Below, one piece after another: positions 1 to 8,109 of a stretch of 64,000 bases of DNA; within the stretch, counting starts at the first letter, position 1; every line of letters starts with the position of its first letter. The stretch is from the IMG/VR virus record IMGVR_UViG_3300046003_005733, positions 5,668 through 69,667 of that record; one strand, written 5' to 3'. The position numbers and the translations under genes were made by a program. This stretch comes from a virus. Taxonomy: Duplodnaviria; Caudoviricetes. The notes under the pieces were generated by a model. It searched no databases and had not been told where the DNA came from. It was given only the letters and a program-made list of their open reading frames with translations.

Positions 1-235
1 GAACTTCTGTAGGAATGCCTGTTTTAGCTAATTGCTTATGAGTTATGTAATCTTTTATTAAATCATCCTCTCTATACCTTGGATTTTTTATTACATAATC
101 TGAATTTGGTAATTTATATGTAGTTTTTAAACTACCCTTACCTAAAAAATTAGCACTTTTTTCTTCTGGAGTCATGAATTCAAATTCTTCAATCATTCTA
201 AGTATTTCTTCATCAGAAAGCCTTTTTTCAGCCAT
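1..235 (-). CDS. Protein kinase-like N-lobe; runs off the window start
   Basis: Not in ORF track. ATG at 235 gives MAEKRLSDEEILRMIEEFEFMTPEEKSANFLGKGSLKTTYKLPNSDYVIKNPRYREDDLIKDY...; LGxGxxxxxY...VIK matches a kinase Gly-loop plus catalytic Lys. Confidence 0.55.
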   Translation of the reverse strand, partial: MAEKRLSDEEILRMIEEFEFMTPEEKSANFLGKGSLKTTYKLPNSDYVIKNPRYREDDLIKDYITHKQLAKTGIPTEV

Positions 236-236
236 A

Positions 237-1163
237 CTATTTCCTTAGCATTCCTTCCAAAACATTTCTTTTAATTCCAAGTCTTTGATCTTCTAGGTCT
301 TTTTGAACTTGTTGGCGATTTTGCTCAGGTATAGCTTCTAATATCTTCTTCTCTCTATTACTTTGATCAATATCCCTTAGCATGGCAGCTTGTTCAGGGG
401 CTTCTCCGGTTGATTCTGCACCAGCGGCTTCTGATGCTAAACTAACTAGACCACCAGCACCTGCAGCAACGCCCTTTGCTAATATCGGGGCAATCCCTTT
501 AAATGTACCAGATTTAAGGTAACTCTTCAAAGCACCAAGACCATAGCTACCTTCACGTAACTTAGGAATACTAGCATGATGACCTTCGGCAGCTGCTTCA
601 TAAAAATCAGAGGGATCTAGTGATCTAGGTAGGGACTTTTTAGCAAGTGCATATGCTTTTTCTTTACTTAATTGAGATTTATTATTTATGTTCTTTAATT
701 CTTTAGGCAGTTCGTAGCCTAATTGTTCTTCATCATACTGATGCCCAAGTTCATGTAGAAGAGTAGCCACTGGATCTAAGATATCCCCAGACTGCAAAAT
801 CTTTCTATTTAAGGCTATAATAGGGCTTCCGCTTTTTAATTTCCCGTATAATCCCTTATTACCTTTTAGGTAATTTTTTTCATTTTCTTGTAATATTCTG
901 ATATTAGGATCTATTTCAGGGTATCGCTCCTTGGCTACTCTACCTAAAAATTCTTCTAACTGCTTAATACTTCCATTATCTGGAATAGATATACCTGTAT
1001 TATCTAATACTTTCTTAGCCAATGTCTTTTCAGCAACATCCCTAGCAGATAGTCCTTGATTAAATAAAGTTTTTTCTGGAGATACCATAGTAGTAGTGGA
1101 GTAGTCTCCTAATTCAACTTTTTTTGCAAAATCTTCTAAAGCTTGTTTTCTAGGATCTACCAT
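237..1163 (-). CDS. HExxH (zincin-like) protein with Gly/Ala-rich C-terminal segment, possibly virion-associated
   Basis: TLLHELGHQYD motif; C-terminal KGIAPILAKGVAAGAGGLVSLASEAA. Confidence 0.55.
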   Translation of the reverse strand: MVDPRKQALEDFAKKVELGDYSTTTMVSPEKTLFNQGLSARDVAEKTLAKKVLDNTGISIPDNGSIKQLEEFLGRVAKERYPEIDPNIRILQENEKNYLKGNKGLYGKLKSGSPIIALNRKILQSGDILDPVATLLHELGHQYDEEQLGYELPKELKNINNKSQLSKEKAYALAKKSLPRSLDPSDFYEAAAEGHHASIPKLREGSYGLGALKSYLKSGTFKGIAPILAKGVAAGAGGLVSLASEAAGAESTGEAPEQAAMLRDIDQSNREKKILEAIPEQNRQQVQKDLEDQRLGIKRNVLEGMLRK

Positions 1164-1411
1164 TTCTTACAACTCCAATAACGAGCAGATAGTTTAGTGT
1201 TTTTCTGACCACACTTATGGCGGGCGCGAAAATTTTTTCTACGTTCTGGGTTATATGACTTGTCTGGCATTTCAGGATCTCCAAATCTTACGATTTTCTC
1301 CTCTCCACCCTCACAACCCTTAACTACCCATGACTTATTTTCACCGGGAGTTCTTTTGGGACTATTGCAAGATAGCTTTTCTTTTAAACTAGACCATCTT
1401 TTCTTTTTCAT
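1157..1411 (-). CDS. Small basic conserved phage protein (DUF6321/DUF5754-like)
   Basis: KIVRFGDP...RRKNFRARHKC...SARYWSCKKW; start moved to ATG 1411, downstream of the late-promoter motif. Confidence 0.65.
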   Translation of the reverse strand: MKKKRWSSLKEKLSCNSPKRTPGENKSWVVKGCEGGEEKIVRFGDPEMPDKSYNPERRKNFRARHKCGQKNTKLSARYWSCKKW

Positions 1412-1455
1412 AATTATAATATAGCATAAAGCAAGGCATATGCTAATTCCCCGTA

Positions 1456-1468
1456 TACTATAAGGGTG
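1456..1468 (-). promoter_or_regulatory. Putative late promoter CACCCTTATAGTA
   Basis: Same 10-mer CACCCTTATA precedes minus-strand genes at 49664, 56689 and 61537. Confidence 0.6.
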
Positions 1469-1557
1469 CTTTTTTCTGCATCCTGCATCAAAATCGCACC
1501 TGAAGACAAAGCTATACAAATTATCCTATTTGTGGTATAACCCCCTTAGAAGGTAGA

Positions 1558-1773
1558 ATGAAAAAACAACAAGTTAGACGCAAAGCATTAAATAAACAAA
1601 AGAAAGTAATGATAACTCCCGGAACAGTAGTTCTAGAGCTTGCATTATGGGAGTTCTCAGGAGATGAGGCTATTATTCGTCACTATGCTAATCAACTTGC
1701 ACAGGCTATATTAACCAGCTATAATCTGAGTAATTTTGGACCAGTAAGTTTTGGCCTAAAAGATGAAGAATAG
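1558..1773 (+). CDS. Hypothetical protein
   Basis: ORF with purine-rich RBS (GAAGG) and upstream TGtGGTATAAC extended -10-like element. Confidence 0.6.
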   Translation: MKKQQVRRKALNKQKKVMITPGTVVLELALWEFSGDEAIIRHYANQLAQAILTSYNLSNFGPVSFGLKDEE

Positions 1774-1862
1774 CCAGTTATAATACGTGACGAATGATTT
1801 TATGAAGTGTAGCTAAGTTTGTGCCGCAGTGACACATCAAAGTACGCTCACAAAGGTAAAAA

Positions 1863-2099
1863 GTGACAGATATGATTAAGTTTAATAAAGATACGTTTTT
1901 AACAATATACTTTTCTGGTTTTAAAGTAGAGACCACTCCATATATTTCTTGTGATATTGCATATTTATGGACTGATGAGGTATTTGACGGTGGAGAAAAT
2001 GGATATGTTTACTTAGTAAGTCCTGAAACTAAGCATAACTATCTTAAGTTTGTTGAAAATATGAAAAAAGAAACTCCACTCCTTCTAGAGCTTACGTAA
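1863..2099 (+). CDS. Small protein with C-terminal tag variant (TPLLLELT*)
   Basis: ORF track; tag-like C-terminus. Confidence 0.6.
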   Translation: MTDMIKFNKDTFLTIYFSGFKVETTPYISCDIAYLWTDEVFDGGENGYVYLVSPETKHNYLKFVENMKKETPLLLELT

Positions 2100-2402
2100 A
2101 TGAAAGATGCCCTAAAAGCACTACGCAGGATTGCACAGATGACCGATCAAAAACATTGGAACTGTACAGAAATGCGTGAAAGAGCATTGGAAGAGTGGAT
2201 AAGTGATTGGTTTATTGAGTTGGAATACGAACAATCAGTACTAAATCAAAAATATTTAAGCTCTGACTTTGAAGATTTTCTAAAAGAACACGTAGGTAAG
2301 AAGTTAGTTGAGAAAGCAATGGAAGATGCTATTGAAATTACTAGCGATAAGAGCAAAATTAAAGGTAGTGTTGTATGTTTGAGGAGAAAGGCAAAAAATT
2401 AA
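2100..2402 (+). CDS. Hypothetical protein
   Basis: ORF abutting previous stop codon. Confidence 0.65.
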   Translation: MKDALKALRRIAQMTDQKHWNCTEMRERALEEWISDWFIELEYEQSVLNQKYLSSDFEDFLKEHVGKKLVEKAMEDAIEITSDKSKIKGSVVCLRRKAKN

Positions 2403-2584
2403 ACTTATTTGAACTAAAACATGGGCAAGTTGTATGGTCAGAACATTTTAAATGCTATGTAATATACACAGGAAAGGATTTTGACGAGGATTTTGTTTTT
2501 GAATACTTACATAAAAAGGGATATTGTATCATACATACATCAGATATATACGATCCTCCCAGCTTACTTAAAGAATTAATATAA
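2375..2584 (+). CDS. Small protein with C-terminal tag (PPSLLKELI*)
   Basis: ORF track; beta-rich body LKHGQVVW..., tag. Confidence 0.7.
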   Translation: MFEEKGKKLNLFELKHGQVVWSEHFKCYVIYTGKDFDEDFVFEYLHKKGYCIIHTSDIYDPPSLLKELI

Positions 2585-2597
2585 CCAGAGGTTACAA

Positions 2598-2954
2598 GTG
2601 ACAGTTAAACTTAAAAGAACACGGAAAAAAAAGCAAGATCTTAAAGGAACCATACATAGTGGGGTACTTTTTATCGGAGATTGTCAATTCTTTGCACAAT
2701 CCCCTGTACTAGAGCTAGACGCTTCCACGGGACAGACTAAAGACATCACTCCAGTAGACCCACTTAACCCCTTTAATACCTTAGATAGAACCTTTGACTT
2801 AGTAGGAGATGGGGAAACCAATGTAGAAGTAGCCCCATATCTTCCGGGTAGAGGGGTTCTAATCAATACCCACATGCAAGGTGGAGCTTTTGTTATAAAA
2901 AAGAGAATAAAAGATGGGAGACTTATTGGATTTACAGTAACAATAAGGGAGTAA
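2598..2954 (+). CDS. Hypothetical protein
   Basis: GTG start with GAGG RBS. Confidence 0.65.
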   Translation: MTVKLKRTRKKKQDLKGTIHSGVLFIGDCQFFAQSPVLELDASTGQTKDITPVDPLNPFNTLDRTFDLVGDGETNVEVAPYLPGRGVLINTHMQGGAFVIKKRIKDGRLIGFTVTIRE

Positions 2955-2955
2955 T

Positions 2956-3135
2956 ATGAATAATAACAAACAGATTAAATTAATTAACTATCTTATTAAT
3001 AATACTGAATGCACAGAAGAATTAGATGATCAAGTTGTTGGAATGTCAGCACAAGAAATAATAGATGTACTTGAGCAAGTATCTGGTATTAGAAAAAACT
3101 TATACTCAAGCTCTCTCGGCAGAGAATTAGGTTGA
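2956..3135 (+). CDS. 59-aa protein with C-terminal tag (SSSLGRELG*)
   Basis: Not in ORF track; AAGGGAG RBS, ATG 2956, MNNNKQIKLINYLINNTEC...LYSSSLGRELG*, stop overlaps next start. Confidence 0.7.
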   Translation: MNNNKQIKLINYLINNTECTEELDDQVVGMSAQEIIDVLEQVSGIRKNLYSSSLGRELG

Positions 3136-3377
3136 GTATAATCAATAACTGGAATACAATATCCACAGAAGAGGCTAGTTTAATCCTATTCCAACGATGT
3201 GTGGAGTTAATGCTTAATAATTCCAGTTATTTAATTACAGCAGATGCTAACATAAGAATACTTACCCAGAGATTATATGGGGATTATAGGCAAGTTGCTA
3301 AAACTCAAGAGTTTAAGAGAGCAGAGAAGCATGTATTTTTCTTTAAGAACACAGGACTTGGAAGGGAGTTATTCTGA
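3132..3377 (+). CDS. Small protein with C-terminal tag (NTGLGRELF*)
   Basis: ORF track; tag. Confidence 0.7.
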   Translation: MSIINNWNTISTEEASLILFQRCVELMLNNSSYLITADANIRILTQRLYGDYRQVAKTQEFKRAEKHVFFFKNTGLGRELF

Positions 3378-3403
3378 AATTTCAAGTAGATAGGAAATAG
3401 TAT

Positions 3404-3601
3404 ATGAAGCTTAATCGCTGGTATAAGGTATGGCACTACCATGGAGAGTACTATGTAAAGCCATATGAACGCTATGGCCCTGCGGCTTTCTTAGTATATA
3501 TCTATGATAAACAAATTTCTAAAATAACTACCACGGTCATATCTAAAGAATACTGTGATAATGTAATGGAATTAAGTAGTTTAGAGCAGGAACTACTGTG
3601 A
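3404..3601 (+). CDS. Small protein with C-terminal tag (ELSSLEQELL*)
   Basis: ORF track; AGGA RBS; tag. Confidence 0.8.
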   Translation: MKLNRWYKVWHYHGEYYVKPYERYGPAAFLVYIYDKQISKITTTVISKEYCDNVMELSSLEQELL

Positions 3602-3843
3602 CGCTAAAGCTTGGTAAGTTATATAAGTTGGGTAATTCCGTATACGACCCATGGGATGAAGTAATCTATACTATTAAAATTGTACAAGAGCCTATGATAT
3701 ACTCACATAACGAATATTACTATAAAGCCCAGATTATTAAAATGGGAGACGACCTACTAAACCAATCATATTTCATGCACTTATACCCAGATGATTGGGA
3801 AATAATAGAAGAACTTAGCAGTTTAGAAGTTGAACTACTATGA
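3598..3843 (+). CDS. Small protein with C-terminal tag (ELSSLEVELL*)
   Basis: ORF track; GTGA overlap; tag. Confidence 0.8.
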   Translation: MTLKLGKLYKLGNSVYDPWDEVIYTIKIVQEPMIYSHNEYYYKAQIIKMGDDLLNQSYFMHLYPDDWEIIEELSSLEVELL

Positions 3844-4073
3844 AAATAGATGTCTGGTATAAAGCTACTTGGTATACTGGTTCTGATAGCACAACAAGCT
3901 TTAAATCTAGTATAATTGTTAAAAGAATCTCTAGTAAGGTTAATACCTATGCCGAGTTTGGAGGATTAGTATCTTACGAAGTTGTAAGGCATCCCGGTTA
4001 TAGACTATCTGGGTTTGTGCCAGATTGCTGGACTATTACTGAACTCAGTAGCTTAGAGCAGGAGTTATTATGA
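3840..4073 (+). CDS. Small protein with C-terminal tag (ELSSLEQELL*)
   Basis: ORF track; ATGA overlap; tag. Confidence 0.8.
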   Translation: MKIDVWYKATWYTGSDSTTSFKSSIIVKRISSKVNTYAEFGGLVSYEVVRHPGYRLSGFVPDCWTITELSSLEQELL

Positions 4074-4270
4074 ATTATAAGATTAAATGGGTAACTGGAG
4101 AAGAATATGCTAAGCTATTAAAAGACTGGCATGAGCGAAGCGTTTTTCCTAGTGGTTACGACATGGACATGTCAAGAGGGTTCAAAGCTATTGTAACGTG
4201 GGATGAGCATAGCAGCCAACCAACGCTTGTGCAAGTAGCTACCTCTGCGTTGATCAAAGAATTATTGTGA
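4070..4270 (+). CDS. Small protein with C-terminal tag (TSALIKELL*)
   Basis: ORF track; ATGA overlap; tag. Confidence 0.75.
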   Translation: MNYKIKWVTGEEYAKLLKDWHERSVFPSGYDMDMSRGFKAIVTWDEHSSQPTLVQVATSALIKELL

Positions 4271-4382
4271 CAGTCTAACTATAAAGTGGGAAATATATTG
4301 TGGAGCATATTCACCTTCAACTCCACACTCTCATCCCCCTCACCCCCCCCCCCCCTAGCCGCACAGCTCAGCCGTCCGTGGC

Positions 4383-4490
4383 TTGGCATCGTTCTTGCAT
4401 GGGCCACTTGGCACCGGCCTTGCATGCACTGGCTTGGCACAGGCCTTGCAGATGCAAAGGTCATGCCTAGTCCTTGGCATGATTATTGCT
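4383..4490. promoter_or_regulatory. Array of five sigma54 (-24/-12) consensus boxes
   Basis: TTGGCATCGTTCTTGCA 4383(+), TTGGCACCGGCCTTGCA 4408(+), TTGGCACAGGCCTTGCA 4434(+), TAGGCATGACCTTTGCA 4453-4469(-), TTGGCATGATTATTGCT 4474(+); all GG-N10-GC. Confidence 0.8.
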
Positions 4491-4491
4491 A

Positions 4492-4713
4492 TTAGATTCC
4501 CATTGGTTTCTCTAGTAGAATGGTCTCGCCTTCCTTGACTCCCTTAGTAGCTCCGTTTAGTGTCTTATAAGTTTTTCGTATCATAACGCCTAGGATGGTA
4601 TTAGTCTTAGTCCAGTGATCTTGTATGACATCCAGTGACCTTGTAGCTACAATGTGATAAACTTCATTCCCTTCCTTACCTTTGTTGTCTGCCTTTGTTT
4701 TAAATCGTACCAT
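4492..4713 (-). CDS. Small basic hypothetical protein, divergent from early genes
   Basis: AAGGGG RBS before ATG; TGG-TATGAT extended -10 upstream. Confidence 0.65.
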   Translation of the reverse strand: MVRFKTKADNKGKEGNEVYHIVATRSLDVIQDHWTKTNTILGVMIRKTYKTLNGATKGVKEGETILLEKPMGI

Positions 4714-4804
4714 TGTTTTCCCCTTGTTTGTTTCTTACCCTCATCATACCATAGGTGTAACGATTCGCAGCAAAGTCAATAATGACGGGGACTTGCAGCA
4801 TAAT

Positions 4805-4881
4805 TTGACACTTTGAATCAAAAATGCTAAGATGAGGACATCAAGGGGAAAGTTGACAGAAACATCGAATGGGTGTAGTAT
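4805..4881 (+). promoter_or_regulatory. Two tandem sigma70-type promoters
   Basis: TTGACA-17-TAAGAT (4805-4833) and TTGACA-17-TAGTAT (4853-4881). Confidence 0.75.
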
Positions 4882-4919
4882 CTTAGTAAGCAAATAACAC
4901 AACGCAACAAGGGGATAAC

Positions 4920-5123
4920 ATGAAGCTTTATAATGTATGCAATGATTTAAGCCTATCACTTACTGAAGACAAGGTTCCGAGAGGGTACAGATGGATTAAG
5001 CAAGACGTGCGGATAAATGATCAGGCAGTGTCGGTCGAGCTTGGGTACTGCACTAAGCACAAAGAGCTTCACTATCTTCGGACAAGCTCTGAAACTGACA
5101 TTGAAGGAGAGAGGCTAAGATAG
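4920..5123 (+). CDS. Early hypothetical protein
   Basis: AAGGGGA RBS, downstream of strong promoters. Confidence 0.7.
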   Translation: MKLYNVCNDLSLSLTEDKVPRGYRWIKQDVRINDQAVSVELGYCTKHKELHYLRTSSETDIEGERLR

Positions 5124-5132
5124 CCTTTTATC

Positions 5133-5429
5133 TTGACACGCTATAGCATACGACAACACAACAAATGGAGCCATATGATTTACTTATTACAAATACTTAG
5201 AATGCTTAACAAGAAACAACAAAGGGAGTTCGTGGCATTGTTTTCAGACCTTGACTATGAGCTGAATGACATGGGATGGAAGGGGGACGAAACTACTCTA
5301 GTCAATGACATGCTTTTCAACCACTTCGGTCTAAGCGTTGAGGATAATGGTCAACTTCAAATGTTAACCGACTGCATTCTAAAGCCCAACATGCTTAAAG
5401 CAGCAGCCACTACAGTCAACATCTTATAA
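5133..5429 (+). CDS. Early hypothetical protein (real start may be the GGAG-preceded ATG near 5175)
   Basis: ORF track; followed by terminator. Confidence 0.6.
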   Translation: MTRYSIRQHNKWSHMIYLLQILRMLNKKQQREFVALFSDLDYELNDMGWKGDETTLVNDMLFNHFGLSVEDNGQLQMLTDCILKPNMLKAAATTVNIL

Positions 5430-5444
5430 CTCTCCAAGTCGCTA

Positions 5445-5468
5445 AGCTCCCTTCGGGGAGTTTTTTTG
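5445..5468 (+). terminator. Intrinsic terminator
   Basis: AGCTCCC-TTCG-GGGAGTT followed by T run. Confidence 0.85.
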
Positions 5469-5470
5469 GC

Positions 5471-5764
5471 TTGGCATGGGGCTTGCAGATGCAATAACTG
5501 TGCCTATTTTTTTAAGCTCGCTCCTTCCCTAATCATGATTACTATTGGGCTTATTTTTCAAGCTCGCCCTTTTGCGCTTGTCTTACCCTCATTGTAGCAA
5601 AAAAGAATTAAGCTGTATATAACGCAAAGATCATGCCAAAACATTTTCTAAGCTGGAATATACGCTGGATGTTGGCTTTGCATAAGCAAAACTCATGCCA
5701 TGTTTCTTTAGGGGGGGGGATCTTCCAATTGGCACATGCTTTGCTAGTGCAATATTGAGGCCTT
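5471..5764. promoter_or_regulatory. Second array of sigma54 consensus boxes (six)
   Basis: TTGGCATGGGGCTTGCA 5471(+), TAGGCACAGTTATTGCA 5490-5506(-), TTGGCATGATCTTTGCG 5623-5639(-), ATGGCATGAGTTTTGCT 5685-5701(-), TTGGCACATGCTTTGCT 5729(+), weaker AAGGCCTCAATATTGCA 5748-5764(-). Confidence 0.75.
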
Positions 5765-6174
5765 ACCAGTTACGAATTTATGAGTAACCGCTTGACAAAT
5801 ATTTATTTCGTTTGGCTATTGCATTATGATGCATAGTGTGAGAATATTGTTTTAAGAGGGGATTAGATGAAAACTTATATTATACTAGTGCTGACATTAA
5901 CCTTAGTAAACTTATTATCACGCTCTGATACTGTTTTAAAGGCTTTTGAGCAGTGATTTAATACACCTTATCAAGCTGACCTAGTAAGCTCAAATCAGGG
6001 CTTCAAAACGTACTGGGGAAGCTTAAACATACCATCCGAGGGGACTGGGCTTGAGCTTGGTCCTCTTTCCAATTTTCAGATACTTACAGGGAATTAATAT
6101 GCGGGCGCAATGAAACTAAGCTGTCTTTATGTGACACCTTGTTTTATGCCTTTACAGGTACTCAATTCATTCCC

Positions 6175-6191
6175 TGCAAAGTCTGTGCCAT
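6175..6191 (-). promoter_or_regulatory. Isolated sigma54 consensus box
   Basis: ATGGCACAGACTTTGCA on minus strand. Confidence 0.65.
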
Positions 6192-6426
6192 ATAGTCTCA
6201 TTTCATCAACCATGGCTAAATTGTCACTGTTTTAAGGGCGTTACGCTCGAAACATAATCCCACGTTTTCGAGTCAAGCTATTTCAGGGGCTTGCGCTGAC
6301 ATGGCTCAAACGCTTTAAAACGTTCAAGGCATGCTTTTTTTCACGTTCCCAATTAATGCCAGTGCGAGGGCTTATCCTCATAATGTAAGGGGGTTTATAT
6401 AAAAGTTAAGAGATGTCACTTTATTA

Positions 6427-6455
6427 TTGACGCATTATTTCTTTTCCTGTAGAAT
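6427..6455 (+). promoter_or_regulatory. sigma70-type early promoter containing TGACGCA
   Basis: TTGACG-17-TAGAAT; first 19 bp identical to promoter at 8110. Confidence 0.75.
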
Positions 6456-6490
6456 CTTACTAAGGAAGCAAACAACAAAGAGGGCAACAT

Positions 6491-6676
6491 ATGAAAGATT
6501 TATTAAATAAAGTTGAAATGATTGAAAAGAAAATGGATATTTATGTTGAATTTTACGGATGGTCAAGCGATGAGACTAAAGCCTTAAAAGATCAATTAGA
6601 TCAACTTAATTCAGCTATTATTGAGTTAATGTTATTAGATCAAGAAATAACTAGAATTAAATCATTTGTAGCATAA
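6491..6676 (+). CDS. Early coiled-coil hypothetical protein
   Basis: AGAGGG RBS; ORF track. Confidence 0.7.
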   Translation: MKDLLNKVEMIEKKMDIYVEFYGWSSDETKALKDQLDQLNSAIIELMLLDQEITRIKSFVA

Positions 6677-6838
6677 AAGGGGACAAAATGAGCATAAAAT
6701 TTAAAATCGGTATGGTTCAAGATGGAAAAACGGCAATTTATGAAAGATCATTCAGTAAACGAAGCCTTAAGTTATTCAATGACAAATATCATTGGGGCTT
6801 TAATACTAGAGTTTTAATTTTAATAAAAGGGGAATAAT

Positions 6839-7270
6839 ATGGGAACGAGGGCATTAATTCACGTTAAGGATGGAAGAAAGACAATTGCCACAATTTATAG
6901 GCAGTATGACGGATATCCTACTGGACTAGGCGAGGATGTTAAGAAAATTTTAAACAATGGAAATGTTATTATTTTGAATGGTTATAATGATTCATGCGCT
7001 ACGCCTTCAAAATTTAACGGCATGGGATGTTTGGCTGCTTATTTAATAGGGGAGTTAAAGCAAAAGAAAATAGGAAATGTTTATATTATGGCACCTAATA
7101 CAGAGGGCAGTGGGGAGGATTTTACTTATATTTTAAGTCAAGATGTGAATTCTGTAAAGTTAAAAGTCATTGATAGTTACACTAAAAAAGTGCTTTATAA
7201 TGGGCGTTTAAAAGATTTTTGTGGTCAAAAAGCCGAGGGCGTGACTTCACTTGAGATAGAATTAACTTAA
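6839..7270 (+). CDS. Conserved phage protein (MGTR...Y-x-Q-YDGYP family) ending in tag variant VTSLEIELT*
   Basis: MGTRALI...IYRQYDGYPTGLG motif typical of phage early proteins. Confidence 0.75.
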   Translation: MGTRALIHVKDGRKTIATIYRQYDGYPTGLGEDVKKILNNGNVIILNGYNDSCATPSKFNGMGCLAAYLIGELKQKKIGNVYIMAPNTEGSGEDFTYILSQDVNSVKLKVIDSYTKKVLYNGRLKDFCGQKAEGVTSLEIELT

Positions 7271-7274
7271 AAAC

Positions 7275-7303
7275 TTGACTTAATTTGACGCATGGAATAT
7301 AAT
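7275..7303 (+). promoter_or_regulatory. sigma70-type promoter with TGACGCA in spacer
   Basis: TTGACT-17-TATAAT. Confidence 0.8.
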
Positions 7304-7335
7304 AATCTTAGGGAATTTAACAAAAAGGAAATAAT

Positions 7336-8067
7336 ATGTCAATTTGCTTAACTCAAACGTCTCACATTGGCTCTAATAAATTCGGGTTTATCTCAAGTGA
7401 AAGTCTAGTAAAAAATCTTGAAAATAAGGGATTTAAATTGTCTGATGTTGTGGAGTCTAAAATTAGAAAGGATAAGGAAAAACGCCTAGGCTTCCAAAAA
7501 CATGTTTTGCGCTTTGATGTTGGCTATTCAAATAGTCAAGGGAAACTTCAACTATTAGCTATTAATTCTCACGAAGGTTCAAGCGCGTTGACTTTCCGAC
7601 TAGGCTTTTTTCGAATGGTTTGTTCCAATGGTTTGATAGTGGGGAGTGACTTAATTCCTAAAATTAAAGTAAGGCATACCCAAAATGGGCTTTTAAAGCT
7701 TGACGATTCAATCGAGGAAATGATGGACTATAGGACTGTAGCAATCGATGGAATTAATGCAATGAGCAATAAAATTTTGACTAGTGACGAAATTAAAGCC
7801 TTGCAAGATTCATGCCTAAAATTGAGAATGGGGGATAAATATTCTGATAAACTTATCCCTCTTTTTGAAGCGAAGCGGTGGGAAGATAAAAGAGAAGATT
7901 TATTTAGCCAATTTAATATCATTCAAGAAAATTTGATGAGAACGGGCTTTTATGTACAGGATGAGGATAAGAATAAGACTAGTAAAGTAAGAGCGATAAA
8001 AGGCGTTGACGCTAATATCCTTTTAAATACTAGTATCTACAACGAAGCTTTGAAGCTTATCGCATAA
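7336..8067 (+). CDS. DUF932/DUF945 family protein
   Basis: FQKHVLRF, INSHEGSSA, GFFRMVCSNGL, FNIIQENL motifs. Confidence 0.85.
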   Translation: MSICLTQTSHIGSNKFGFISSESLVKNLENKGFKLSDVVESKIRKDKEKRLGFQKHVLRFDVGYSNSQGKLQLLAINSHEGSSALTFRLGFFRMVCSNGLIVGSDLIPKIKVRHTQNGLLKLDDSIEEMMDYRTVAIDGINAMSNKILTSDEIKALQDSCLKLRMGDKYSDKLIPLFEAKRWEDKREDLFSQFNIIQENLMRTGFYVQDEDKNKTSKVRAIKGVDANILLNTSIYNEALKLIA

Positions 8068-8069
8068 AA

Positions 8070-8100
8070 AGGGGCGGGCTTTATGCCCGCTCATTTTTTT
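8070..8100 (+). terminator. Intrinsic terminator
   Basis: GGGCGGGC-TTTAT-GCCCGCTC followed by T run. Confidence 0.8.
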
Positions 8101-8109
8101 AAATACTAT

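Noticed and set aside
3570-4073. C-terminal tag explained only as a Shine-Dalgarno by-product or an attC-like DNA site
   Set aside because: Several members lack an SD in the tag or have no overlapping downstream gene (2584, 12580, 30215, 31058); codons vary synonymously including AGY versus TCN serine; no palindromic attC structure or integrase seen
4383-4490. Repeat array as a mini-CRISPR
   Set aside because: Period about 25 bp, variable core inside each repeat, mixed orientation, no cas operon; the Cas4-like nuclease is a common stand-alone phage gene
4279-4495. ORFs 4279-4464(-) and 4286-4495(+)
   Set aside because: They run across the poly-C tract and sigma54 repeat array, give low-complexity repetitive peptides and have no convincing RBS
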